Below are positions 1-7,953 of a DNA stretch of 64,000 nucleotides, one piece after another; position 1 is the first letter of the stretch; the number at the start of each line of letters is the position of its first letter. Origin of the DNA: Microcella sp. (lineage in GTDB: Bacteria > Actinomycetota > Actinomycetes > Actinomycetales > Microbacteriaceae); the NCBI GenBank assembly GCA_030158585.1, contig JAOASR010000036.1, forward strand, positions 1,943-65,942, in the 5' to 3' direction. A program made the position numbers and the translations under genes. Below the pieces are notes generated by a model that was given only the letters and a program-made list of their open reading frames with translations, had not been told where the DNA came from and did no database searches.

Positions 1-718
1 AGAGCGCCTCGCCCGGGCGCAGCAGAACCGTGTGCAGGAGAGTGGAGATCGCGATGCCCGGGTCTGCGGGGTGGTGCTCGGCGAGCATCCTCACGGAACC
101 GAGCCAGGCACCGCGCTCGTCGCCGATCGTTCCCGACGCGTGGTCGCTCAGGGCCCTCACGACCTCGTCGACGGTGTCACCGCGCTCGAGTAGCCACGCG
201 ACCAGCGATGCCAGGGACGTGTCGTCGGTGAGCCGATCGAGCAGCGGCTTCAGGCGTGCGTCGGCGAGCGATGCGAGATCGGCGCGAGCCTCGGCGACCG
301 GGCGGAAGCCGCACAGCGCGCGGAACGGGTCGCTCACAGAGAGCAGCATCTCGGGCTTGGGGAACGGGTCTTTGTAGTTTCGCTCGGCAGAGTCGAGCGG
401 GATGCCCAGGGCGTTTTCGCGCGCGAAGCCCTCGCGAGCCTGCTCGAGCGTCGGATGCGCCTGCAGCGACAGCGGTGCGGCGGCTGCGAGCACCTTGAGC
501 AGGAACGGCAGGCGGCCACCCGGCGCGTGCGCGGCGGTCCACTGCGCCAGGTCCTCCTCGTCGGCGCCCTCGACGATGCGCGCGGGCGAGCCCGGGTGGG
601 AGCCGAGCCACAGCTCGGCCTCGGGGCCACCGGAGGGCTCGGTGCCGAGCAGATCGGCGATCGCCGTCGTCGAGCCCCACGCGTACGGCCTCGGGGTGTT
701 GGTGATGCGGATGAGCAC
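1..718 (-). CDS. manA: mannose-6-phosphate isomerase, class I (3' end runs off the window)
   Basis: Not in the ORF track. Manual translation from GTG at 718 gives VLIRITNTPRPYAWGS...EAELWLGSHP...PFLLKVLAAAAPLSLQAHP...NYKDPFPKPE, the PMI type I signatures. Confidence 0.93.
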   Translation of the reverse strand, partial: MLIRITNTPRPYAWGSTTAIADLLGTEPSGGPEAELWLGSHPGSPARIVEGADEEDLAQWTAAHAPGGRLPFLLKVLAAAAPLSLQAHPTLEQAREGFARENALGIPLDSAERNYKDPFPKPEMLLSVSDPFRALCGFRPVAEARADLASLADARLKPLLDRLTDDTSLASLVAWLLERGDTVDEVVRALSDHASGTIGDERGAWLGSVRMLAEHHPADPGIAISTLLHTVLLRPGEAL

Positions 719-821
719 GCTCCAGGCCTTCCCTTGCAGGGTCACGACAACGGGGTTCGCACCCTCGAGAGCGGTATTGGCACTCGGGCCCAAGCACCTC
801 GACGGACCGCCGCTTCGACCC

Positions 822-827
822 TAGCCT
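822..827 (+). promoter_or_regulatory. -10 box TAGCCT, putative leaderless promoter of the acyl-CoA dehydrogenase
   Basis: TANNNT 6 nt before ATG 834; no SD present. Confidence 0.55.
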
Positions 828-833
828 GACGGC

Positions 834-2015
834 ATGACCGACTTCACGACCCTCGCCAGCGACTTCCTCGGCTTCGAGGCCGAGCTCGCCGACCACGAGC
901 GCGAGGCGCTCGTCGGCCTCCGCCAGTACGCCGAGGCGAGCATCCGCCCGATCGTCGACGACGCGTGGGAGAAGGCGGAGTTCCCCCGCCAGATTCTGCC
1001 GGGGCTGCACGAGCACCCGATCTTCGGGCAGCTGTGGGACGAGACGCGCACCGGCGAGTACTCGGCGCTCTACGGCGGCTGGTCGGCGCTCGAGCTCGCG
1101 CGCGTCGACGCGAGCATCGCCACGTACGTCGGCGTGCAGAACGGCCTCGCGATGGGGTCGATCGGCGTCAACGGATCGGCCGAGCAGAAGTCCGAGTGGC
1201 TGCCGAAGCTCGCGAGCGGAGAGATCACGGGCGCCTTCGGCCTCACCGAGCCGCTCTCGGGCAGCGACGCGGCGCAGGGCCTGCGCACGACCGCGACGCC
1301 CGACGGCGACGGCTGGGTGCTCAACGGCTCGAAGCGCTGGATCGGCAACGCGACCTTCAGCGACATCACCATCATCTGGGCGAAGAGCGCGGAAGACGGC
1401 CAGGTGAAGGGCTTCATCGTGCCGACCTCAACTCCCGGGTACACGGCAACGAAGATCGAGCGCAAGCAGTCGCTGCGCATCGTCCAGAACGCCGACATCA
1501 CCCTCGAGAACGTGCGGGTGGATGCTGCGCTCAAGCTCGAGAAGGCCAACTCGTTCCGCGACACGGCGGCGGTTCTCCGGCTCACGCGCGCCGACGTCGC
1601 CTGGGCCGCGGTCGGCACGGCGATCGGCGCCTATGAGGCCGCCGTCGCGTACACGAAGGAGCGCGTGCAGTTCGGCAAGACGATCGCGCACCACCAGCTC
1701 GTGCAGGATCTGCTGAGCCGCAGCCTCATGAACATCACCGCGTCGATCGCGATGTGCACGCGAGTGTCGATCATGCAGGACGCCGGTACGCAGCGCGACG
1801 AGCACGCCTCGATGGCGAAGGCGTTCTGCACGACAGCGATGCGCGAGACCGTCGCGCTGTGCCGCGAGGCTCTCGGCGGCAACGGCATCGTGCTCGACTA
1901 CGGCGTCGCGCGCTTCTTCGCCGACGCCGAGGCGCTCTACAGCTACGAGGGCACGCGCGAGATGAACAGCCTCATCGTGGGTCGGGCGATCACGGGGGTC
2001 GGCGCGTTCGTGTGA
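834..2015 (+). CDS. acyl-CoA dehydrogenase (glutaryl-CoA dehydrogenase-like)
   Basis: Motifs FGLTEPLSGSDA, LNGSKRWIGNA, ERVQFGK and YSYEGT; strong GC3 bias. Confidence 0.93.
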   Translation: MTDFTTLASDFLGFEAELADHEREALVGLRQYAEASIRPIVDDAWEKAEFPRQILPGLHEHPIFGQLWDETRTGEYSALYGGWSALELARVDASIATYVGVQNGLAMGSIGVNGSAEQKSEWLPKLASGEITGAFGLTEPLSGSDAAQGLRTTATPDGDGWVLNGSKRWIGNATFSDITIIWAKSAEDGQVKGFIVPTSTPGYTATKIERKQSLRIVQNADITLENVRVDAALKLEKANSFRDTAAVLRLTRADVAWAAVGTAIGAYEAAVAYTKERVQFGKTIAHHQLVQDLLSRSLMNITASIAMCTRVSIMQDAGTQRDEHASMAKAFCTTAMRETVALCREALGGNGIVLDYGVARFFADAEALYSYEGTREMNSLIVGRAITGVGAFV

Positions 2016-2049
2016 GCTCCGGCGCGGTGGCCCCTCGCGGCCCCGCCGG

Positions 2050-2055
2050 TAGGCT
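2050..2055 (+). promoter_or_regulatory. -10 box TAGGCT, putative leaderless promoter
   Basis: 7 nt before ATG 2063. Confidence 0.55.
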
Positions 2056-2062
2056 GAGGGTC

Positions 2063-3355
2063 ATGTCCTGGCTCCGCGAGCGCCGCGTCGCGCTCGCCGC
2101 CGTGACCCTCTTCGTCCTCCTCGCCGGCGACGGCGTGCGATACCCGCTCACCTGGTACGGCTGGGGCGCGATCATCGCCGTGCTCGGCGCGTGCTGGGTG
2201 ACCCTCGCCGTGCGCTCGCGGCTGTCGTGGCGCGGCATTCCGATCGCGCTCGCGCTGTTCGTCGGCCTGGCTGTGCTGAGCCTCGTCTGGTCGGCTTATC
2301 GGCTCGAGACGGCGATCGGCGCCGGGCTGCTCGTGCTCACGACGCTCGGCGGCGTCGTCGTGGCGCGCACTCTCACGCTCGAGCAGGTGCTGCGCGCGCT
2401 CGGCGTCGCCCTGCGCTGGATCATCGGGCTCTCGCTTGCGTTCGAGCTCGTCGTCGCGACGCTCATTCGTCAGCCCGTGCTGCCCTGGTGGGTCGACTAC
2501 GAGGGCGAGATTCCCCGCGCCTTCTACTGGTCGCGCAACGAGCTGTTCGAGGTGCTCGATGGCGGGCGCATTCAGGGCATCGTCGGCAACGCGAACCTGC
2601 TGGGCTTCGCCGCGCTGCTCGCGATCATCGTCTTCGCCATCCAGCTGGTCGACCACCGGGTCGGCCAGGCTGCCGGATACGGCTGGCTCGCCGCCGCCGT
2701 GCTGACCTTCGCGTGCGCGGGGTCGTCGACGATGATCGTGGCCGCAGCGGTCACCGCGATCGTGCTGGGGCTGCTGATCGTCGCGCGCGGGCTGGGCGCG
2801 CGGGCGCGCATCCGCCTTCTCGTCTTCAGCGCGGTGGCGGCCGTCGGCGCACTCGCGCTCATCGTGATGTTCCGCGACACGGTGCTGGGGCTGCTGGGCC
2901 GCTCGGGCGACCTCACGAACCGCGTCGACATCTGGGCGGCGGTGGCCGAGCTCGCGCTCGAGCGGCCGTGGCTCGGCTGGGGGTGGGTGAGCTACTGGGC
3001 TCCGTGGGCGGAGCCGTTCGACGGCCTCGCCGTCATCAACGGAGTCGAGTACCTGCAGGCTCACAATGCGTGGCTCGACGTGTGGCTGCAGCTCGGGTTC
3101 GTGGGCGTCGTCGTCTTCGCCGTGCTCGTCGTCACGATGCTGCTGCGCACCGTGTCGTGGGCGGTGGATGCTCCGCTCGGCGATGTCGTCGACTCCCCCG
3201 CCCTGCGCCTGCTGCCCGCGCTGCTCGCCACCGTGCTGCTCGTGCAGAGCCTCGCCGAGTCGCGCATCCTCATCGAGGGCGGCCTGCTGCTGCTCGTCTG
3301 GCTGGCCGTGACGAGCCGCACCCACGGCCGGGATCTCGCCGGGATCGGGCGATGA
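2063..3355 (+). CDS. O-antigen ligase / Wzy_C family polytopic membrane protein
   Basis: About 12 hydrophobic segments; GIVGNANLLG, LTNRVDIW, PWLGWGW and AHNAWLD (WaaL/Wzy_C R...W, GxG and HN motifs). Start moved to ATG 2063. Confidence 0.85.
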   Translation: MSWLRERRVALAAVTLFVLLAGDGVRYPLTWYGWGAIIAVLGACWVTLAVRSRLSWRGIPIALALFVGLAVLSLVWSAYRLETAIGAGLLVLTTLGGVVVARTLTLEQVLRALGVALRWIIGLSLAFELVVATLIRQPVLPWWVDYEGEIPRAFYWSRNELFEVLDGGRIQGIVGNANLLGFAALLAIIVFAIQLVDHRVGQAAGYGWLAAAVLTFACAGSSTMIVAAAVTAIVLGLLIVARGLGARARIRLLVFSAVAAVGALALIVMFRDTVLGLLGRSGDLTNRVDIWAAVAELALERPWLGWGWVSYWAPWAEPFDGLAVINGVEYLQAHNAWLDVWLQLGFVGVVVFAVLVVTMLLRTVSWAVDAPLGDVVDSPALRLLPALLATVLLVQSLAESRILIEGGLLLLVWLAVTSRTHGRDLAGIGR

Positions 3356-4629
3356 ACGACCGCGCTCGTTCGCTTATCGACGCCAGCCGCTCGGTGCTCG
3401 CTTCGCCGCGCTTCACGCAGGCGCTGACCGAGGTCGCCATCGCGGTCTCGCTGTGCATGCACGCCGTTCGAGCGTTCCTGGGGTGGCCGGGATCGCTCGC
3501 AGTGCTCGCCGGTATCGTGGCGCTCGCGGGGCTGTCGCTCGCGAGTCAGCCCGAGCGCGCGGAATGGCAGGGCATCCTGCCGATCTCCCTTCTCGCACTC
3601 GTCGGGTTCCTCGTGACGAGCGGTCTGTGGAGCCAGTACGCCTCGAGCACCCTCGCGGGCGTCACCTACACGCTCGCCTTCGCCTTCCTCGGGCTCTACG
3701 TCGCCCTGGTGCGCGACACCATCCAGATCGTGAGGGCCGTGGGGAGCGCCCTGCGCGTAGTGCTGCTGGCCTCGCTCGTGCTCGAGGTGCTCAGCGGGGT
3801 CCTGATCGACACCCCGCTGACCTTCCTCGGGATCGCCGGCAATCTCGCCCAGGGGGGCCCGATCCAAGGGCTCGCCGGGACGCGCAACTACCTCGCGTTT
3901 CTCGCTGCACTCGCGGCGCTGAGCTTCTGGATCGAGTACCGCACCCGCTCGGTCTCCCGCGGGCTCTCGTACGCTTCGCTGGGACTCGCGGCGGCGACGA
4001 TCCTCTTCGCCCGCTCCCCCGTCTCGGGGCTCGTACTGGCGGCCGTAGTGGCCGCCGGACTCGTGCTCGTGCTGCTGCGTCGGCTGCGCGAGCCCGCGCG
4101 CAGCGCGATGCAGAGCATCCTGCTGATCTCGGCCGTCGTGTCGGCTGGTCTCGTCTGGATCTTCCGCCAGCAGGTGCTCGCACTCGCCGGGGCGACCGCC
4201 GACGCGACGATCCGCACGAGCGTGTGGGCAGACCTCGAGCGCTTCATCGCGCAGCACCCTGCAGAGGGCTGGGGCTGGTTGGGAGCGTGGCGCGAGAACC
4301 GCTATCCCTTCATCGTCGTACGTGATGCCGTGGGGCGGCAGCCGGACTCGGCGCTCAACGCCTACGTCGATGTGACGCTGCAGCTGGGGTTCATCGGTCT
4401 CGGTCTGCTCCTCGTCGCGCTGGGGCTCGCTTTCGTGCGCGCCTGGCTCGTGGCCACAGAACGCCGCTCCACCGTGCACGTCTGGCCTGCGCTCGTGCTC
4501 GTGCTTCTCGCAACCACGAGCATGACCGAGAGCTATCTGCTCATCGAGGGCGGCTTCATGCTGTTCGTGATCGCCGCGCTCGTGGCTGCACGGGAGCGAT
4601 CGTGGCGAGGGCGGCTGGCGAGCAATTAG
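3352..4629 (+). CDS. O-antigen ligase / Wzy_C family membrane protein (paralog)
   Basis: ATGA overlap with the previous gene; IQGLAGTRNYL, IRTSVW, EGWGWLG and SALNAYVD. Confidence 0.82.
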   Translation: MNDRARSLIDASRSVLASPRFTQALTEVAIAVSLCMHAVRAFLGWPGSLAVLAGIVALAGLSLASQPERAEWQGILPISLLALVGFLVTSGLWSQYASSTLAGVTYTLAFAFLGLYVALVRDTIQIVRAVGSALRVVLLASLVLEVLSGVLIDTPLTFLGIAGNLAQGGPIQGLAGTRNYLAFLAALAALSFWIEYRTRSVSRGLSYASLGLAAATILFARSPVSGLVLAAVVAAGLVLVLLRRLREPARSAMQSILLISAVVSAGLVWIFRQQVLALAGATADATIRTSVWADLERFIAQHPAEGWGWLGAWRENRYPFIVVRDAVGRQPDSALNAYVDVTLQLGFIGLGLLLVALGLAFVRAWLVATERRSTVHVWPALVLVLLATTSMTESYLLIEGGFMLFVIAALVAARERSWRGRLASN

Positions 4630-5594
4630 CCAGACGCGCCCCGCCACGCAGACACAGCCGAGTCAAGAATCTCGTTGAGTCCCCGCTGCGCGCGCCATCC
4701 GAGCTCGCGCTCGATCTGGTCGACATCGGCGATCACGGCCGCGGGGTCACCCGCCCGACGTGCCAGCACCTCTGCCCGCGGAGCGTCGGCACGCCTCTCA
4801 CGAAGACCCTCGACGACATCGTGGACGCTGGCACCCTGACCCGTACCGACGTTGAGCGCCCGATGCGGAACGGCGACGGAGGAGAGCGAGTCGAGAGCCG
4901 CCAGGTGCGCCTCTGCGATGTCGAGAACGTGCACGAAGTCGCGGATGCACGTGCCATCCGGAGTCGGGTAATCATCACCGAAGATGCGCGGCGGGGCGCC
5001 CGCGTCGAGGCGCTCGAGCACCATCGGCACGAGGTTGAGCACGGCCCGGTCGGCCAGCTCGGGCCAGCCCGCACCTGCCACGTTGAAGTACCGCAGGCTG
5101 ATCGCGCGCAGGCCGTGGGCGCGCGCGGCGTCGGCGACGAGCCACTCCCCCGCGAGCTTGGTGCGGCCGTACGGATTGACGGGCTCGGTGGGAGCATCCT
5201 CTGCCACCACACCTCGAGCGTCGCCGTAGACGGCGGCGGAGCTCGAGAAGATGAGAGCGGGCACGCCCGCCGTCACCATCGCATCGAGCACGTTCCGCAC
5301 GCCCCCGATGTTCTGGCGCGAGTACCAGAGCGGACGCGCGACCGACTCGGGAACCTGCTTGCGAGCGGCGAAATGGATGACCGCCGCAACGCTCTCGGAG
5401 CGCATGATGTCAGCCAGGCGCGCGACGGCACCGTCGCCTGACACGTCGAGCCGATGGAGCACCATGCCCTGAACGCGCTCTGCCCGACCCGTCGCGACGT
5501 CATCGACGACGATCGGGGTGTCGCCGCGCTCGAGAAGCAGACGACAGACGTGCGAACCGATGTAGCCGGACCCGCCGGTCACGAGAACGCGCAT
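4626..5594 (-). CDS. galE: UDP-glucose 4-epimerase
   Basis: VTGGSGYIGS, FSSSAAVYG, PYGRTK, LRYFNVAG and DGTCIRDFVHV. Confidence 0.92.
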   Translation of the reverse strand: MRVLVTGGSGYIGSHVCRLLLERGDTPIVVDDVATGRAERVQGMVLHRLDVSGDGAVARLADIMRSESVAAVIHFAARKQVPESVARPLWYSRQNIGGVRNVLDAMVTAGVPALIFSSSAAVYGDARGVVAEDAPTEPVNPYGRTKLAGEWLVADAARAHGLRAISLRYFNVAGAGWPELADRAVLNLVPMVLERLDAGAPPRIFGDDYPTPDGTCIRDFVHVLDIAEAHLAALDSLSSVAVPHRALNVGTGQGASVHDVVEGLRERRADAPRAEVLARRAGDPAAVIADVDQIERELGWRAQRGLNEILDSAVSAWRGASG

Positions 5595-5600
5595 GGTTGA

Positions 5601-5606
5601 AGCCTA
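5601..5606 (-). promoter_or_regulatory. -10 box TAGGCT, putative leaderless galE promoter
   Basis: 6 nt upstream of ATG 5594. Confidence 0.55.
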
Positions 5607-5628
5607 GGTCAGACCTTGTCGCCCGGGA

Positions 5629-7953
5629 TCAGCACGAAGTGAGGCGGGCAACCCTGGAGCCGAGCACCGCCGAGCCGCCCAGGAGCACTGCGCGGGTCGC
5701 ATTGATCTCGGCAATGTGATCGACGATGCGCGGATCGACGCACGTGGAGGCGGAGATGTACATCGGCGCCCCGCGCAGCCCTGCGAGCACGCTGCCGGCG
5801 AGCGCATCCGGGAAGTTGGTGCCCGAGGTGAGATAGATCTCGGTCGCCGAGCGAACGACGTTGGCGTTGATCGCGAGCGAGGTGGCATAGCGATCGGCGC
5901 CGGCGAGTCGACGGACGGTCGGCACCACCGATTTTGCCGAGGTCGCGATGCCCGAGCTGACCACTCCCGTCCCCCCGGCGATACGCACTTCCTGCACGCC
6001 GAGCTCGCGCAGCAGGCTGACGGTGCTCGCGTCGAGTGCGCGCTGCGTGCCGGGCACGAGGATCACGGGCGCCCCGACGTTGACGCCTGCGGCCCCGGCA
6101 GAGAGTGCGTCCGGGAATCCGGCACCCGTCGCGAGGTAGGCGACCTCGGCCCCTCCTCGGAAGGCGCGCCGGGCGATCTCTCGCGACGTGGCGTAGCGGT
6201 CCGCTCCTGACCAGCGCTCCACGGAGCCGTAGGCGCGAAGCGCCTGAGCCACCGAGGTGGAGACGACAGCCGCCCCGCCCACGATGACGATGCGATCGGG
6301 GTCGAGCCGCTTGAGTTCGGTCGCCACCTCGGCGGGCAGCGACTGCGGGGCGGTCAGGAGCACCGGACCGCCGAGAAGCGCGGCGGCGGGACCGGCGCTG
6401 AGCGCGTCGGGGAAAGAGAGCCCATTGGCGATGAACACGGTGCGAGCGCCATCGGGGAAAGCGCGCTGCGAGATGCGCGCGGCCGTGTCGAAGCGATTCG
6501 CCCCTGCGATGCGCGCGGCAGTGAAGGTCGTCCACGAACCCGAGATCTTGGAGGACACTGACCGCGCGCCCCACCGCGCCCGCACCGTGTACGTGTGTTC
6601 CCCAACAGCCAGATCACTGATGTCGACCGACCATGTTCCGTCGGCCGCAATACCGGCCTTGCGGACCGCGCCACCGTCGATGACGACCTCGACACGGTGC
6701 CTGGTGCGCGCGAACGGAACGGTTCCCGAGAGCACGTCTCCGGAGAAGACGGGGCTGGTACCCGAGAACGACGAGATCGTCGGGCGGGCGACGGCGATCA
6801 TCGGCTCCCAGCTCGATCCGTAGAGGGTCTGGGCGCTCGCGGCTCCGACGTAGGGCGAGTAGAGCGGAGCGAATACGCCGATCGACGCCCCAGCGGTGCC
6901 GCAGATCTCGCCCGTCGCATCCGTGCCCACGGCCGAGGTGACCCCCACGGCCGTCGAGCCGACCAGCGCCGAGCCTCCGCTGTCTCCCTGGATCACGGTC
7001 ACGCAGGCGAGGATGCCGTCGACGAGGTACGACGTGGGGTCTTCCGGCGGCCCGACTCGGAGACCGGCCTGGAAGCCGACGATCGTCCCGCAGCTCCAAC
7101 CCGAGGAGCTGCCCGACTTGCACAGGGTCGACCCGGAGGTGACGATCTTCGCCGCGTCACGCACGAGCAGTGGTGAGCTCGACGTGGGCGCACGAGTCCC
7201 GCCGCCCCACGTCAAGACGCTCGGTCGAGCCGTCACGTCGCCGGACGACACCGCGAATCGCCCGAAGTCCCAGCCTTCGCCCGTGCGGTAGGTGCCGGGG
7301 ACCGGAGTGCCGATGGGCGTCCACTCGAAGTTGGAGTCGTCACCCGGGGCCGCCATGGAACCCAGCAGCCGGACATCCGAAGACCCTCCGAGACAGTGAC
7401 CCGCCGTGATCGACTCGGAGGCGCCGGTCGCCGTCGCGACTCCGGAGAAGCCCGCGGAGCAGCGGAAGCCCGAGTAGTACGTCGGAGCGCCGCCGTGCAG
7501 ATCCGCAGCGGGCGTGAAATCGACGTCAGAGACATCGAGCGTCGGTGCGGGCTCGGTCGTCGCCTCGATTCCGAGAGATTCGACGGCCGCCTCATCACCG
7601 GCATTCTCGACGATGACGACGACCTCGCCGTCCTCCATCGTCGAGGCCTCGACGCCGACGCCGCGGGCACGCAGCTCATCGACGACGGCTCCCGCGCGTA
7701 CGGCGAGTTCTGCCTCTGCCAGGAACTCGGACCCGGTGAGGCCGACATCACGAGCGAGCGACTCGACGAGCTCGTTCGGCAGATCAGCCGCCTCGTCGAT
7801 GAACTCCTCCGGGTCGACCTCCAGGTCGGGCAGCGCGCCGGTCGAGCTCACGCTCGCCCCTGTCGCCGCAGCGGCAGGAGGAGTCGCGAGCGCCCCGAGG
7901 TGCACGGGCGCGGCGAGAGCCAGGGCGAGAGCGGCGACCACGACCCCGCGCAT
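5629..7953 (-). CDS. secreted S1 (alpha-lytic/streptogrisin-like) serine protease with Ig-like linker and three CWB2 cell-wall-binding repeats
   Basis: Signal peptide MRGVVVAALALALAA; triad motifs TAGHC, WDFG and GDSGG; CKSG..SGWSCG. CWB2 repeats RIAGANRFDTA, RWSGADRYATS and RLAGADRYATS, with FPDALS and PVLL motifs. TGATG coupling to the upstream gene. Confidence 0.88.
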   Translation of the reverse strand: MRGVVVAALALALAAPVHLGALATPPAAAATGASVSSTGALPDLEVDPEEFIDEAADLPNELVESLARDVGLTGSEFLAEAELAVRAGAVVDELRARGVGVEASTMEDGEVVVIVENAGDEAAVESLGIEATTEPAPTLDVSDVDFTPAADLHGGAPTYYSGFRCSAGFSGVATATGASESITAGHCLGGSSDVRLLGSMAAPGDDSNFEWTPIGTPVPGTYRTGEGWDFGRFAVSSGDVTARPSVLTWGGGTRAPTSSSPLLVRDAAKIVTSGSTLCKSGSSSGWSCGTIVGFQAGLRVGPPEDPTSYLVDGILACVTVIQGDSGGSALVGSTAVGVTSAVGTDATGEICGTAGASIGVFAPLYSPYVGAASAQTLYGSSWEPMIAVARPTISSFSGTSPVFSGDVLSGTVPFARTRHRVEVVIDGGAVRKAGIAADGTWSVDISDLAVGEHTYTVRARWGARSVSSKISGSWTTFTAARIAGANRFDTAARISQRAFPDGARTVFIANGLSFPDALSAGPAAALLGGPVLLTAPQSLPAEVATELKRLDPDRIVIVGGAAVVSTSVAQALRAYGSVERWSGADRYATSREIARRAFRGGAEVAYLATGAGFPDALSAGAAGVNVGAPVILVPGTQRALDASTVSLLRELGVQEVRIAGGTGVVSSGIATSAKSVVPTVRRLAGADRYATSLAINANVVRSATEIYLTSGTNFPDALAGSVLAGLRGAPMYISASTCVDPRIVDHIAEINATRAVLLGGSAVLGSRVARLTSC

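Noticed and set aside
177-1016. 279-aa minus-strand ORF and other ORFs over 1-830
   Set aside because: Wrong-frame shadows; the real gene is manA in another frame, running off the window.
2019-2049. GC stem CCGGCG...CGCCGG after the acyl-CoA dehydrogenase
   Set aside because: Imperfect stem with no U-tract; too weak to call a terminator.
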